This document shows, piece by piece, positions 48,626 to 59,368 of a DNA stretch of 64,000 nt; position 1 is the stretch's first letter, and each line of letters begins with the position of its first letter. The DNA is from Caldisericota bacterium (GTDB taxonomy: Bacteria; Caldisericota; Caldisericia; JAAYUI01): the NCBI GenBank assembly GCA_029548865.1, contig JAKPMO010000028.1, forward strand, positions 1-64,000. The letters are read 5' to 3'. Under the pieces are notes generated by a model. It made no database searches and was not told the DNA's origin. It worked only from the letters and a program-made list of their open reading frames with translations. Made by a program: the position numbers and the translations under genes.

Positions 48626-51583
48626 CTAAAATGGCTCCCAGAGAATTGTTATGCCCTTTGTACTCTGGTTCCATTCCACCTTGGCCCCAAAAGCCTCGGA
48701 GATAAACCTGAGTGGTACAAGTGTTCTGCCGGCAATAATGGATGCTGGAACATCAAGAACAAATGGTTGGCCGTTCACCAGCGCTTCTTTCTTGTCCTTC
48801 CAGATGACTATTTTAAAATCGTTCCTCGTTATGGTTATCCTGCCCTCGGAGGGCAACCAGTCAACCTTGCAGCCAAAACACTCCGAAATAAACCTGACAG
48901 GGATGAGCGTTCGGCCGCCAACCGGCTGGGGCGGGACATCCAGCTCAAGCTCGTCATCGTTTAGCAGGGCTTTTTTCTCGCCAAGCACGAGTTTGACGAA
49001 TATGCTATTTTCTGTTCGCACTTTCAGCTTTGCCTTTATCTCGGGGCAATCTTCAACCTGGATTGTGATTTCTTCCTCAAAATCGGTGCCTTTTGGAATT
49101 GCAGACGCTTTTACCGAGATGGTGCCGCCAAACCTGTTTCCATTAATCGCAAATGTCGGCGGGTTCACTTCAATCCAGCTGGCGCTGGCCTTTATCGTGC
49201 CTTTGTAGGTTCCGCTATGCGGAAAATCCAGGGAGAAAGGCAAAGACATTGATTTTCCACGCTTGATGTCACCAAAATAGAACTCACTTGGTGACAACTT
49301 GGGGCAATTTTTCGGCTTTTCTGCAGTTTTCAGCACAAATTTGACGCTCGATTCACCTGTTTCCCATGCCACCAAAATGGAACCACTATAGGCGTTTCCA
49401 GGTTTCAGTTTTGTACTATCAGCAATTATGGCCATCTCCTTTTGAAAACCGGCTTCCAGCAAAAACTCTTTTTGGCCAATGACCAGAAAATCATAGTCTG
49501 CCGTAATCTTTATTTGCGCATCTTTGTTGCCGGCATTTTTCAAAACCAGCTTCAGTGTCTTTGTCTGGCCCGCAGCCAATTCGCCAAAATCAAGCAAATT
49601 TGTTGACAGGGTAATATTTGCCCTTCTGTCGTCCTCGACGGTGTACTCAGCTCTTGCGGTTTTGCCAAGATATTCACAGACGATAGAACCTTTTAATGCG
49701 GGCTCGTTTGGGGCGGTAAACAGGCCTGTTTTTGTGATGTTCCCCTGGCCCTCCGGATCAAGAGACCATTTTAATTCCTTGTTTAATTCGGCCCTTCTGC
49801 CAGAAAGGGTCACAACATAGACTTTTATCTGGTAAGTCTGCCCTTTTTTGATGTTGATCTTGTCAGGCTCAAGCTCGATCTTTTCAATGTCCTCCACTAC
49901 CACTGTAGCCACACCGCGAACATCACCCAGGTTCGCAACCACATTGCAGCTGCCAGGCCCGTTTGCCAAAAACAGACCATTCGAATCGATTGAACCGACG
50001 GATGCATTATTAGTGCTCCAGACAAATGCTATGTTGGGGATTTGCTTGCCATTCTGGTCGTATGCCACAGCCTCAAACACTGCGCTCTCGCCAATAAACA
50101 TCTCTTTGCGCTCCGGTTTGACCTCAATCTTTGAAAGAATCTGCGGTTCAATTACCTCAATTTTGGCCTCACCGCATATATTGCCAACACAGGCTTTTAC
50201 CGTGCAAGTTCCAGCTTTTGTCCCTGCTGTGAATGTTCCACTGGACGCTATGGTGCCCATTTCTGGCGGATCCACAGACCATTTTGGATTTATGCCAATT
50301 TTTTTGCCCTCCGAATCATAGCCTACGGCAGAAAGCAAAACCGATTCTTTTATCTTGACGTTTGGTGATTCAGAAGTAACAACAATCTTTTCCAGCGATG
50401 TTTTTTGGGTGACGGTGTCACTGGAAAAACAATACATGTTTCCATCCATTGACCCCACAAAGACCCTTTTGTCATAAATTGAGACAGCTGACAGGACCGG
50501 GCCACCAGTTTTATATGACCAGACCAGATCGCCGGTTTCTGCATCCAGAACATAAAAAGTACCTGACATTGAACTGGCATACACCATCGATCCCCCAACA
50601 ACAGGAGAAGCAGCGGGAATATTGTCTATTGCGTATTCCCACTTAGTGCTTCCGTCAGATTTGTTGGCACAATAGATCTTCTTGTCCAGCCCTCCAAAAT
50701 AAATGCAAGACTTGTCAGATGCTATGCCAGTTATGCATTTTGGCAATTCCCTTTCCCAGCTCTTTTCCCCACCAGATGTGCTAAACGAGCACAACAGGCT
50801 ATCTATGGTGCCAAAAAATACTTTACCACCATATATGCAGGGCTCGCTGTATCCGACTGTTTTTCCACGGTGCCAGTAAGTCCATTGCTCCTTGCCACTC
50901 TTGGCATTCAGGCATTTTAAAAAATATGAGCTGGCAATATATATTTCATTGTCATAAAAACACGGAGAAGAAATCTCGTTGTTCAACACAACCGTCTTCC
51001 AGATTTCTTTTCCGGTTTTTGCATCAAGGCAATAGACAACCTGTGCGGTTGAAACACAGAAGATTTTTTCATCCGCAATGATGATTGCGCTATTGAAAGA
51101 TTCTACTTTGTCCCTGTTCACATATTCCCACAGCTTTTTGCCTGTCTTCTCATCCAGACACAAAACGCTTCCACAGATTGTCCCAAAATAGACTTTCCCG
51201 TCAAAAAGCGCAGGTGTCGAAATAGTTCCGCCAATTGTTGCCTTCTGCTCATTCTTGCAGCTTTCGCCAATAAGGAAGTCCCATTTTTTTGACCCGGTGT
51301 TGATGTCGACACAATAAAACATGTTACTTGCGTTGCCAAAATACATGAGCCCGTCTTTTATCACAGAAGATGAACCAATTCCCCCACCAGTTTTGAATTC
51401 CCAGGTTTTTTTAAAATCCTTTGAGGACGGTGCGCAATCACTGCTTGCGTTTCCGGAATGCTCCGGCCCATTCATATACATGAGCCAGTCGCATTTCACG
51501 GAAAAGGAATTCATTGGGTCAAAAAATTGGAAGACTGCAGAAATCAAGAATAATATTGCGATTGCAAGGTTGATCTTTCTCAT
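48626..51583 (-). CDS. Secreted PQQ-like beta-propeller + Ig-like domains + C-terminal stalk domain
   Basis: AAAGGAGG SD before MRKINL; propeller repeats; Big_2-like units; GRTLVPLRFISEAFGAKVEW. Confidence 0.87.
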   Translation of the reverse strand: MRKINLAIAILFLISAVFQFFDPMNSFSVKCDWLMYMNGPEHSGNASSDCAPSSKDFKKTWEFKTGGGIGSSSVIKDGLMYFGNASNMFYCVDINTGSKKWDFLIGESCKNEQKATIGGTISTPALFDGKVYFGTICGSVLCLDEKTGKKLWEYVNRDKVESFNSAIIIADEKIFCVSTAQVVYCLDAKTGKEIWKTVVLNNEISSPCFYDNEIYIASSYFLKCLNAKSGKEQWTYWHRGKTVGYSEPCIYGGKVFFGTIDSLLCSFSTSGGEKSWERELPKCITGIASDKSCIYFGGLDKKIYCANKSDGSTKWEYAIDNIPAASPVVGGSMVYASSMSGTFYVLDAETGDLVWSYKTGGPVLSAVSIYDKRVFVGSMDGNMYCFSSDTVTQKTSLEKIVVTSESPNVKIKESVLLSAVGYDSEGKKIGINPKWSVDPPEMGTIASSGTFTAGTKAGTCTVKACVGNICGEAKIEVIEPQILSKIEVKPERKEMFIGESAVFEAVAYDQNGKQIPNIAFVWSTNNASVGSIDSNGLFLANGPGSCNVVANLGDVRGVATVVVEDIEKIELEPDKINIKKGQTYQIKVYVVTLSGRRAELNKELKWSLDPEGQGNITKTGLFTAPNEPALKGSIVCEYLGKTARAEYTVEDDRRANITLSTNLLDFGELAAGQTKTLKLVLKNAGNKDAQIKITADYDFLVIGQKEFLLEAGFQKEMAIIADSTKLKPGNAYSGSILVAWETGESSVKFVLKTAEKPKNCPKLSPSEFYFGDIKRGKSMSLPFSLDFPHSGTYKGTIKASASWIEVNPPTFAINGNRFGGTISVKASAIPKGTDFEEEITIQVEDCPEIKAKLKVRTENSIFVKLVLGEKKALLNDDELELDVPPQPVGGRTLIPVRFISECFGCKVDWLPSEGRITITRNDFKIVIWKDKKEALVNGQPFVLDVPASIIAGRTLVPLRFISEAFGAKVEWNQSTKGITILWEPF

Positions 51584-51844
51584 GGTACCTCCTTTACCAG
51601 ACCGCATATTATACTTTATTTGTGTCAATAATTCTTCACAAATTGTTTACAGGTTTCAAGATCAATGTCAGGTTTATTTTGCAACTTATTTTATTAAAAT
51701 GACGCTACATCAATAAAATTGGGTCTGAAAATGCTCAAATTCTTTGATACAGACCCCGCGAAATTCTGAGCTTCAAAAGAGGAGCCTGAAGACTTGGAAA
51801 ACAATGCATCATTTAGATATGATGACAACTATATTATTTATGCC

Positions 51845-51879
51845 AAAAATAGGGCCAGCATAAAATCTACTGCTGGCCC
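51845..51879 (-). terminator. Probable intrinsic terminator
   Basis: GGGCCAGCA/TGCTGGCCC stem with a T-rich tail on the minus strand. Confidence 0.65.
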
Positions 51880-51905
51880 AGTGAACAGTGAACAACTTTA
51901 CTCAA

Positions 51906-54900
51906 TTATTTTAAATGTATTATCCTCTCTACTCTCTTCGTTGTGCCATAGGTATCAGTGCAAGTGACAATAACATTATAGTCTCCTGCCTGGCTAAAGG
52001 CATGCTTGAATACAGCTTCGCTGTCGGAATTCTTTAGATCGGCACTCTGGTCAGCACTGTTGTCGTCAAACGAGCATGTCAACCTGTAGGGCGAGGAGCC
52101 ACCTTTTGCCCTGACCCGCAATTCTACTTCGTTGCCAAGCCTTGCATTGCCTGTCTTCAGGTCAATGCCCTTCCAGTTGACCTCAAACTGGAGAACTTCC
52201 ACAGATTGTTGTCTTGGAATAAATATAGAGGCATAGTCTGTTTTTGAGTCCTGTTGTCCGGATGTGTGGTGCTTGCCCTGAACAGTTGCAAGATTCGTCA
52301 GCGTTAGGCCATTTTCCGGGACTTCTATTTTCTCGGAGAGTTTAAATGTGAGCGTGGCCGTAAATGCCCCTCCAACCCTCAAAGAGCCGACGGAGAATCT
52401 TACAGAAGTATTGGAAGCTGTTGCAGAGGGTCTGGAGGACACAAATTCAAGCTCCCTCGGGAACACATCAGTAAGGATGACGTCCACAGCATCTCCGCTG
52501 CCAACATTGTGGACAAAGATGGTATATGTGAACTTGTCTTTCTCACCATAGACAGATTTTCCGGCGTTCTTTGTTATCTTGAATTCCACCCTGCCATAGA
52601 ACTCCACCTTAACGCAAGCCTCGGAATACTCAGACTTGCACTCGGCACTGGCGCAAACAGTTGCTATCTGCTCAACATTTGAAGACCTGAGAATTACAGT
52701 TGCAACGCCACCTATGACATACGCCGAGGCATTAACACCACTTCCATTCAGAGTGCCAAAATTCGTCTTGAAATTCACCAGTATCTGGTTGTCTGGCAAG
52801 AATCCCTGGGCCGAGGTGTCCACATCGTTGCTGTTTATTCTCATGTCGCCGGTAATGGTTGATTCAGATCCACCAATCAAAATTCTGGCTGGCAAGGCAA
52901 ACGTTTTGAGCACAAGCCATGGATTGAAATCGGCCTGCCCGATCACCTCATCGCCATGACCGTCTTTTTCTGGGCCATCATTTGCACCCCACCAGTTGTT
53001 TTCTGCCAACAATGGGTTTGCCCCCGAGCAACCCGGATCAACAGACAGGCCATACTCCTGATTGCCACAGATGATATTGTGATGGATCGACCCTCCAGGG
53101 ATTGGCCACGGTCCGCCATAGCTTCCCTGGGCTTCGCCTCCAAATATCCAGATCCCCTGATAGTTGTTTATGATCGTATTCCTAAAACAATCCAGAATGG
53201 CAATGTCCCAGAGCTGGAATGCCTGGCCCTCTCCCCACATGCCCAAGACAACACCATTCACAAAATTGTTGTCAATCCTGGCATAGCTTGCATGGTTGAC
53301 CTCCAGAGCTGCCCACTGTTCACCCTGCAGGCCCTGGTTGCCGCCAATGGTTTCCCATCGATTATTTGATGCAAAAACCTGCGTCGTTTTTTGAATATAA
53401 TGGCCCCTTAAAGAGACGGACCCATTACAATGATGAATGTAGTTGTCAGAGAAGGTAACAACATCCAGCGGGAACCCGTTGCCACCATATGGCGAGTAAT
53501 CGGATGCAATGTCAATGTCCATCACGGCTCCCCAATTCAGAATCCTGGTAAATTCCGTTGACAGGATTGTAAAATCACCCGCAAAGCGGTTGCCACCTAT
53601 ACCAGCCCTGTTGATATTGTTCTCACCATCAATGGCACAGTTTTCCATGTAAAAATTACTCACGATTCCTGTCGGGGGCTGGTTCATGGCAAATATTGGA
53701 ACTTGACCGGGGAACGTTCCCATAAAATACACAAAATCAAAGGACACACCATTTATTGGGGCATAATTTACGAATTGAATGCCATTTGTAATAATCAAAT
53801 CTTCAAACCTGTTGTTGTTTATTTGTGCGCTGTTGGCAAAAATCAAACTTCCATTAGGGCCGGAGATGTGTGGTCTCGTAACACTTATTGGGAGAAGTCC
53901 CGGGTCTGTCCAGCATACACCTTTGATGGTTATGTCATCTTTTGCCTGATTGATCGCAACTGTCTCCTGATAGTCACCAGGTGCAACATTTATGTTTGCG
54001 CCAGGAATGGCTGCCGAGTATGCCTGATTTATGGACGGGAAGGCATCCACACCAATGTAATGTATGTTGCCTAGATCACACGGGAAATTGACCTCTGCCA
54101 TGTACGGCAAACCAACCCAGTCATCATCAACATAGGATTCAAAGGGATCTATTGCATTGACTGTAGGCGGCGTAAAAATTGTCCACCCATCCGAATCACT
54201 GTTTATCTGCAAAGTCAAACGTGCCTGTGTAAGGTCAAATGCCGTTGGTGTCATCCACGCGCCACCGGGGAAGGGTGTCCAGCCCCCTGAAGGCAATCTA
54301 TAATAAGGGATTACATTCCACCTGCCAATATCTGGCCCGGATTCGATTTGGCCCATCACCAACCTGACATCAAAAGTCCCCGGGACCTGTGAAGGTGTGT
54401 TGGCAGATGTCGCGCCAGATCCCATTGTGCCTGGTGCAAAATCCATTGTCCTTTGAACAGTGTTTGTTTCATCGATACTTTCAAGCCTGGGCGCACTCAT
54501 CCCAGGACTCCAAAAAATATTTGGCGGGTTGGGATGGTTTATGTTCCAGTACATTTGGAGAGGAATCTGCTCGTTTCCAGAACCCAGTCCCCAGTCTTCA
54601 ATCAGCATCCTGAATTTCTTTATTGATGTTTGCGGGGGCATTGCATTGCCAGACATGGACATGTCTATATCCCTCAGTGTTACCACATAAATCTGGCCAT
54701 CTGACATGTTTATTGTGCCCCTGTCACTTCCCTGGTCATAATAATAGTAGCGGTTTCCCGCAGGCTGCGTGCCAGGGCCGCACACAGACTGGTCTGTTAT
54801 GACCTGGATATTCCTTGCAACACTCTGGCCCGAACCTGTTCCTGACCAACATCCGCCAAAAATCTGCATTTGGGTCATGTCTCCGGTGAAGCTCATGCCG

Positions 54901-55640
54901 ATGTTGTAGGAATGATTGGGGCCATTTGCCGACCAGGCTGTATAAAAACCAACCGGCACACCGTTGACTGTCGCAAAAGCAGTGCCCTGCGTTGGGGTGA
55001 TTGCATGATATGCAATCTCGACATTGTATATGCCGCCAGTATTGTATGTCCACCCATCAAGGCAACCCCACATGTCATCTTGCCAGGGATCGACTGTGTC
55101 ACGATCAAACCACAATCCATAATTGTTCCATGCCGTTGGCGTGCCCACTTGCGAGTTTACTGTGATAGGGCTGTACGAATCGTAGTATCTCTCGTCACGG
55201 CCACCCTGGTATTGGAGATTGAATTTGTCCTGGGAGTTTTGGATTCCCGGGGTAGGCACAGTGTCTTTTGCGCCATAAGACATCCAGCACCCCGAACCGA
55301 TAGGCGGATTAAAATCAGACCCTGCCCCTGACACACGAATGCCGATTTGCTGCCAATAGCTCCATGAACTTGAAGGAAGGGACAGACTGGCAGTATCAAG
55401 CGTATATTTCAGAACAACGTCGCTCTGGACCAGGTTATACACATCATTATAATGATACGTTGTAAACGATGCGGCAGGAAAAACCCAGTCAGGATAAGTG
55501 ATGACAGTCTGTGGGGTGATGATGGGAGCATCTTCTATAATTCTCCTGTTGTCACTCCCCTGCACAAATGTTGACGGGGCAACAGGATAAAGAGCCAAAC
55601 CAATTGCCAAAAGAAGGCCCACTGTTGTTTTCATGAGCAT
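51906..55640 (-). CDS. Large secreted multidomain protein (beta-helix region, Ig/invasin-like, DUF11, PKD-like C-terminus)
   Basis: Signal peptide; AENNWWG..GP; YTIFVHNVGSGDAVDVILTDVFP; HAFSQAGDYNVIVTCTD. Confidence 0.8.
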   Translation of the reverse strand: MLMKTTVGLLLAIGLALYPVAPSTFVQGSDNRRIIEDAPIITPQTVITYPDWVFPAASFTTYHYNDVYNLVQSDVVLKYTLDTASLSLPSSSWSYWQQIGIRVSGAGSDFNPPIGSGCWMSYGAKDTVPTPGIQNSQDKFNLQYQGGRDERYYDSYSPITVNSQVGTPTAWNNYGLWFDRDTVDPWQDDMWGCLDGWTYNTGGIYNVEIAYHAITPTQGTAFATVNGVPVGFYTAWSANGPNHSYNIGMSFTGDMTQMQIFGGCWSGTGSGQSVARNIQVITDQSVCGPGTQPAGNRYYYYDQGSDRGTINMSDGQIYVVTLRDIDMSMSGNAMPPQTSIKKFRMLIEDWGLGSGNEQIPLQMYWNINHPNPPNIFWSPGMSAPRLESIDETNTVQRTMDFAPGTMGSGATSANTPSQVPGTFDVRLVMGQIESGPDIGRWNVIPYYRLPSGGWTPFPGGAWMTPTAFDLTQARLTLQINSDSDGWTIFTPPTVNAIDPFESYVDDDWVGLPYMAEVNFPCDLGNIHYIGVDAFPSINQAYSAAIPGANINVAPGDYQETVAINQAKDDITIKGVCWTDPGLLPISVTRPHISGPNGSLIFANSAQINNNRFEDLIITNGIQFVNYAPINGVSFDFVYFMGTFPGQVPIFAMNQPPTGIVSNFYMENCAIDGENNINRAGIGGNRFAGDFTILSTEFTRILNWGAVMDIDIASDYSPYGGNGFPLDVVTFSDNYIHHCNGSVSLRGHYIQKTTQVFASNNRWETIGGNQGLQGEQWAALEVNHASYARIDNNFVNGVVLGMWGEGQAFQLWDIAILDCFRNTIINNYQGIWIFGGEAQGSYGGPWPIPGGSIHHNIICGNQEYGLSVDPGCSGANPLLAENNWWGANDGPEKDGHGDEVIGQADFNPWLVLKTFALPARILIGGSESTITGDMRINSNDVDTSAQGFLPDNQILVNFKTNFGTLNGSGVNASAYVIGGVATVILRSSNVEQIATVCASAECKSEYSEACVKVEFYGRVEFKITKNAGKSVYGEKDKFTYTIFVHNVGSGDAVDVILTDVFPRELEFVSSRPSATASNTSVRFSVGSLRVGGAFTATLTFKLSEKIEVPENGLTLTNLATVQGKHHTSGQQDSKTDYASIFIPRQQSVEVLQFEVNWKGIDLKTGNARLGNEVELRVRAKGGSSPYRLTCSFDDNSADQSADLKNSDSEAVFKHAFSQAGDYNVIVTCTDTYGTTKRVERIIHLK

Positions 55641-55922
55641 AACTCTCCACCTCTTTTTCCAGCTTTTTTACTCACAATAACAGGTCATCATTAATTTATG
55701 GGCATGCCTTTGTCAATATGCTAAAAGTAATTATTACTTAATAAATAACTGTGATATCTCATAAATACAATATCTTTGTCTATATATTTTTATAAATAAT
55801 AGTTATTAGAAACATATCCTCGTAAATATTCATGGCCAGATGTATTTTTCTATAATTAATAATTGATATATTATCTTTTTTGTTATTTCTATGATTATTG
55901 GTTTGTTAAGAAATTTTATTAT

Positions 55923-57110
55923 CTAATCATAAAAGTAATTGAACGTATCTGTTGAGAAAACTCCTTTGTCGGTGAACACATAAAAGTTGCAATACTCAAC
56001 AAAAGAATAGTATATTTTGCCAAATTGATAGTAACGGGAAGACATCAGGCTTGTCATCCCGTTTTTATTGATCTTGTAAATGGAGAGGCTCGAATTTGTC
56101 CCGTCACTGCCTGAAAACAGGCAATAAGTGTCTTCATAACGCATAAAATATGACACAAACGTGAAGTCTGTTTTCCCGAGCAAATCAACCCCATATCCGT
56201 AGGTTGGTCTCAACGAGCCAGTCCTTGGGTTAATCGTTATTATTCCATGGCTATACGGACACATGTACCTGTTCGTGTAAACACCAGGTTTCAGACCGGC
56301 AATCTTTTTGGAGTATAATGAAGTACCAGCCGACTTGATGTCAAAACCGTATAAATACTCGCCATCATAATATCCAAAAATATCTAGATTAGACGGATCC
56401 TGGGCTGGCAGAAAAAACGAATCTTCCATGTTGCTTTTCCTCGGGAGCTCTATGTTAATTTCTCCATCCAGGCTGGATATGTGCTCCCCGTCAGAATAAA
56501 GAACCTTCTGTTTATTGTCCTCAGTGTAAATGCTTGTCAGTATGACCGGACCATCAAAAGTTTTTTTGTATTCACAGACCCCATCAATGTTGTATATAAT
56601 GACATCCTTCATTGACTCGTCCTGGCAAATGATGGCTTGCTTTCCAGTGGAGGTGACGATGGTTTTGAGTTTTGGCACCTCTACGCTCCAGTGTTTCTCT
56701 ATCTGGGCATTAAGAAGAGGGGCATTGAACAGCGAAATATAATATTTGCTGTTTTGCTGTGAATACAAAACATAATGATATGTCTGCGGTTTCTCTGGGG
56801 ATTCTGGGCTGATGTCCGATATTGCGTAGCTTGATATCGTCTTTCCGGGTATCGAGATTTGACTATTGATTTTATCGTCTGGAGATTTGAAATATTCGAA
56901 ATAGAGCCTGTAGATGTTCACATTTTGATTTCTCAAATCAACTATGCTGCTGTCTGTAAAAGCATAGTCATAAATTACGCATTTTGCATCGATTGAAACA
57001 GGGGAAATTCTCCTTGGCGCAAAACCGCTCGTGAACCGTAAAAAAGCTACAAAATATAATACGATGAGTATAGACAAAAATATGCCACCTATGTATTTGA
57101 AGATCCTCAC
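55923..57110 (-). CDS. AT-rich hypothetical membrane-anchored protein
   Basis: 395-aa ORF with an N-terminal TM helix; Tyr-rich. Confidence 0.7.
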   Translation of the reverse strand: MRIFKYIGGIFLSILIVLYFVAFLRFTSGFAPRRISPVSIDAKCVIYDYAFTDSSIVDLRNQNVNIYRLYFEYFKSPDDKINSQISIPGKTISSYAISDISPESPEKPQTYHYVLYSQQNSKYYISLFNAPLLNAQIEKHWSVEVPKLKTIVTSTGKQAIICQDESMKDVIIYNIDGVCEYKKTFDGPVILTSIYTEDNKQKVLYSDGEHISSLDGEINIELPRKSNMEDSFFLPAQDPSNLDIFGYYDGEYLYGFDIKSAGTSLYSKKIAGLKPGVYTNRYMCPYSHGIITINPRTGSLRPTYGYGVDLLGKTDFTFVSYFMRYEDTYCLFSGSDGTNSSLSIYKINKNGMTSLMSSRYYQFGKIYYSFVEYCNFYVFTDKGVFSTDTFNYFYD

Positions 57111-57228
57111 AATTTATATATTGGCATCTTTTATTTTAAGGTTCAACTGGTGGCTATTCTAGTTCCTCAAAATGGTATTATTCAAAAAAAGGCGTTAGGT
57201 AAGTTTCTCACAAAAAGAGAAACACAAC

Positions 57229-57269
57229 AAAAAAACTGGCTTGGGTATCCCCAAGATTACCCAGGCCAG
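57229..57269 (-). terminator. Terminator closing the tail/amidase operon
   Basis: CTGGCTTGGGTA/TACCCAGGCCAG stem followed by T7 on the minus strand. Confidence 0.75.
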
Positions 57270-57296
57270 CCGATCACTGAAATTACAGCTCAAAGC

Positions 57297-57932
57297 CTAC
57301 GCAAACTTCTTCCTCACCTCCACAATCCCACCGTCCCTGAGAAAAACAACCCTGAACCCAAGCGCCTCGCAAAACCAGCGCAGGGGGACAACGGCATGCC
57401 CCATGTCCAGCGCCAGCTTCAACGGCATTTTATTCGGCTTGCCCATGACAAGCGCCTGATCAGAGTTTATCGCCACCCTCACAAGCGGGATATCCGCCGC
57501 CTGTCTTGCCTCTAAAAGTGGGAAATATTTTCCCGGGCAAGCCGTTGGTGCAATCGCGCTGTGTGGCAAAATATTCTCTGGTACAATGCCATGCCGTGCG
57601 GCAATGTCCTTTATCAGGGCAAGGAGTCCTGAGAGCTGTTTTTCCTCCATCGGGCCTTTTTCAAAGTTTCCCATGCAACAAACCCCGATTGAGTTGAAAT
57701 TGTGAGCCCCACACCTGCTCTGTGACTGATTGTCAGCCCCGCAGTGCGCCGCGACCAAACCCTCTTTTTGCCAGCCCTCCCACGAGCCGTCAGAGTAAAC
57801 CACATAATGATATTCCCTGGGGTTGAGCTTTTTTGTCGCCGCCACAAGGGCCTTTTCCTTTGCCACACCAATTTTTCCGTTCACAAAATGGTGGAGCACA
57901 AGATATTTCGGGTCATCAAGGATGTATTCCAC
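57297..57932 (-). CDS. N-acetylmuramoyl-L-alanine amidase (Amidase_2, endolysin-like) with C-terminal stalk-like domain
   Basis: LVLHH, YHYVV, NSIGVCCMGNF, LPHS, TACPG; C-terminal AVVPLRWFCEALGFRV. Confidence 0.9.
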   Translation of the reverse strand: MEYILDDPKYLVLHHFVNGKIGVAKEKALVAATKKLNPREYHYVVYSDGSWEGWQKEGLVAAHCGADNQSQSRCGAHNFNSIGVCCMGNFEKGPMEEKQLSGLLALIKDIAARHGIVPENILPHSAIAPTACPGKYFPLLEARQAADIPLVRVAINSDQALVMGKPNKMPLKLALDMGHAVVPLRWFCEALGFRVVFLRDGGIVEVRKKFA

Positions 57933-57935
57933 TGC

Positions 57936-58646
57936 TCACCTCTCCGGCGCCGTCACCAGCGTCACCCTCAGCCTTGGGGTGGACGCTGTTGCCCAGTACG
58001 CCCAGACCGCCAGCCCTGAAGAGGGCACCCTGTGCTTGGCTATCGGGATGTTGATGTTGTAGTTTGCGGCCTCAAGCTGGGGTGGTGTGCAGTATGTGTC
58101 CGGGTTGATGTCCCAGGGCACCGCCATTGGCGGGACCGGCTTGTCGCTCCAGCCCTGGCTGACGACTTTTGGAAAATCAAACCTCGGTTTTTTGATGTCT
58201 GTCAGGTTCACAAGCCCGGTACCTGGGTTTTGGGTCGCCGTGAGGATGGCCACCGATCCTTGCAGGACCTCACTGGAATATGGCGGAGACGGCGGAATGA
58301 TCCAGTCCGGAGCCACGGAGATGCTGATGCCATAGACATTTGCAAAACCTGTCAGCGTGATGATTTTCTGCCACTGCATGCTCTGGGTGAGGTAGCCCTC
58401 AAGGTTTGGCAATGGTATGTATTCGCCATTCTGGTCGCCAGAGCCCGAGAGCAGGAGCATCGATGAGGTGATACCCGATTTCGCGGAACCAAAAAGCTCC
58501 TTCAGGCTGTATGACCACAAAACAGTTTTTGCGCCAGCTTCAAGGAGTGTTTCGCCAACTTTTTCCTTTGTGTAGCCAACCAGGCTGCTGACGGCGCTAT
58601 TTGCCCTTCTGCATTGCGCCCATGCCACTATTTCGTATCCCCTCAC
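57936..58646 (-). CDS. Hypothetical protein in the tail-like operon
   Basis: 236 aa; GTGA overlap with the upstream gene. Confidence 0.7.
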   Translation of the reverse strand: MRGYEIVAWAQCRRANSAVSSLVGYTKEKVGETLLEAGAKTVLWSYSLKELFGSAKSGITSSMLLLSGSGDQNGEYIPLPNLEGYLTQSMQWQKIITLTGFANVYGISISVAPDWIIPPSPPYSSEVLQGSVAILTATQNPGTGLVNLTDIKKPRFDFPKVVSQGWSDKPVPPMAVPWDINPDTYCTPPQLEAANYNINIPIAKHRVPSSGLAVWAYWATASTPRLRVTLVTAPER

Positions 58647-59368
58647 AGGCCCTCCCCAAAGTATGCGCTGCCATGCTGGTGCTGGGACTCAAATGCAATC
58701 CCTGCCGACCAGAAGACGTTTGCCGGTGTCGCCTCGACCAGAAAATGCGTGTATGTGGTCGAGCTGGCGTAGCCAAACAGCTCGAAATAGGGCAGTGTGC
58801 ATGAGGCATGCGAGACCATGTGCGGCATTTCCGGGGTGTTCATCCAGCAATATGGGGCCCAGAATGGAGAAGGAATAATATGCAAGGACGCAGGTGGTGG
58901 TGAACTATTGTGGCAGATTGGAACCTGGCAGATGGTTTTTTCTCTCGTCTGGTTCATCTCCTCGTCATACTGCCTCATGATCAGCTTCACTGCTTGCGGG
59001 ACATACGACCCTGCAAGCCCCAGGCAGTGGATCCTGCCTTTTCCCTTATAGAAACTGGCAATCGGTCCAGAATCAGGCAGTGCCTGTTCCGGATAGCCAG
59101 CCGATTTTGCCGGGAGGTGCGCATCAAGGTGCAGGTACATTGGCAACTGGTTCGGGTTCACCAGATCACTTATCTCCCTTGATGTCGCCTGGAGTGCCTG
59201 GGAGAGATCGGCGAGGAGCGCGTCAAGTGAAAGCGCGAAGTTTTCAAATTTCCTTTCAAGGTCGACGGCAAGACTGTCGTCATCTGTCTCGTCCATCTGG
59301 GAAAAGGCATTGTTGTACAGTCTCTGCGCCTCGGAAATTATCTGGCATATCGCAGGGGGCAGTGCCAT
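58643..59368 (-). CDS. Hypothetical protein in the tail-like operon
   Basis: Start taken at MALPP (59368), TGATG-coupled to the micro-ORF. Confidence 0.7.
   Translation of the reverse strand: MALPPAICQIISEAQRLYNNAFSQMDETDDDSLAVDLERKFENFALSLDALLADLSQALQATSREISDLVNPNQLPMYLHLDAHLPAKSAGYPEQALPDSGPIASFYKGKGRIHCLGLAGSYVPQAVKLIMRQYDEEMNQTREKTICQVPICHNSSPPPASLHIIPSPFWAPYCWMNTPEMPHMVSHASCTLPYFELFGYASSTTYTHFLVEATPANVFWSAGIAFESQHQHGSAYFGEGL

Noticed and set aside
55650..55920. AT-rich intergenic stretch as an origin or att site
   Set aside because: No DnaA-box cluster or matching repeat was seen; more likely promoter DNA.
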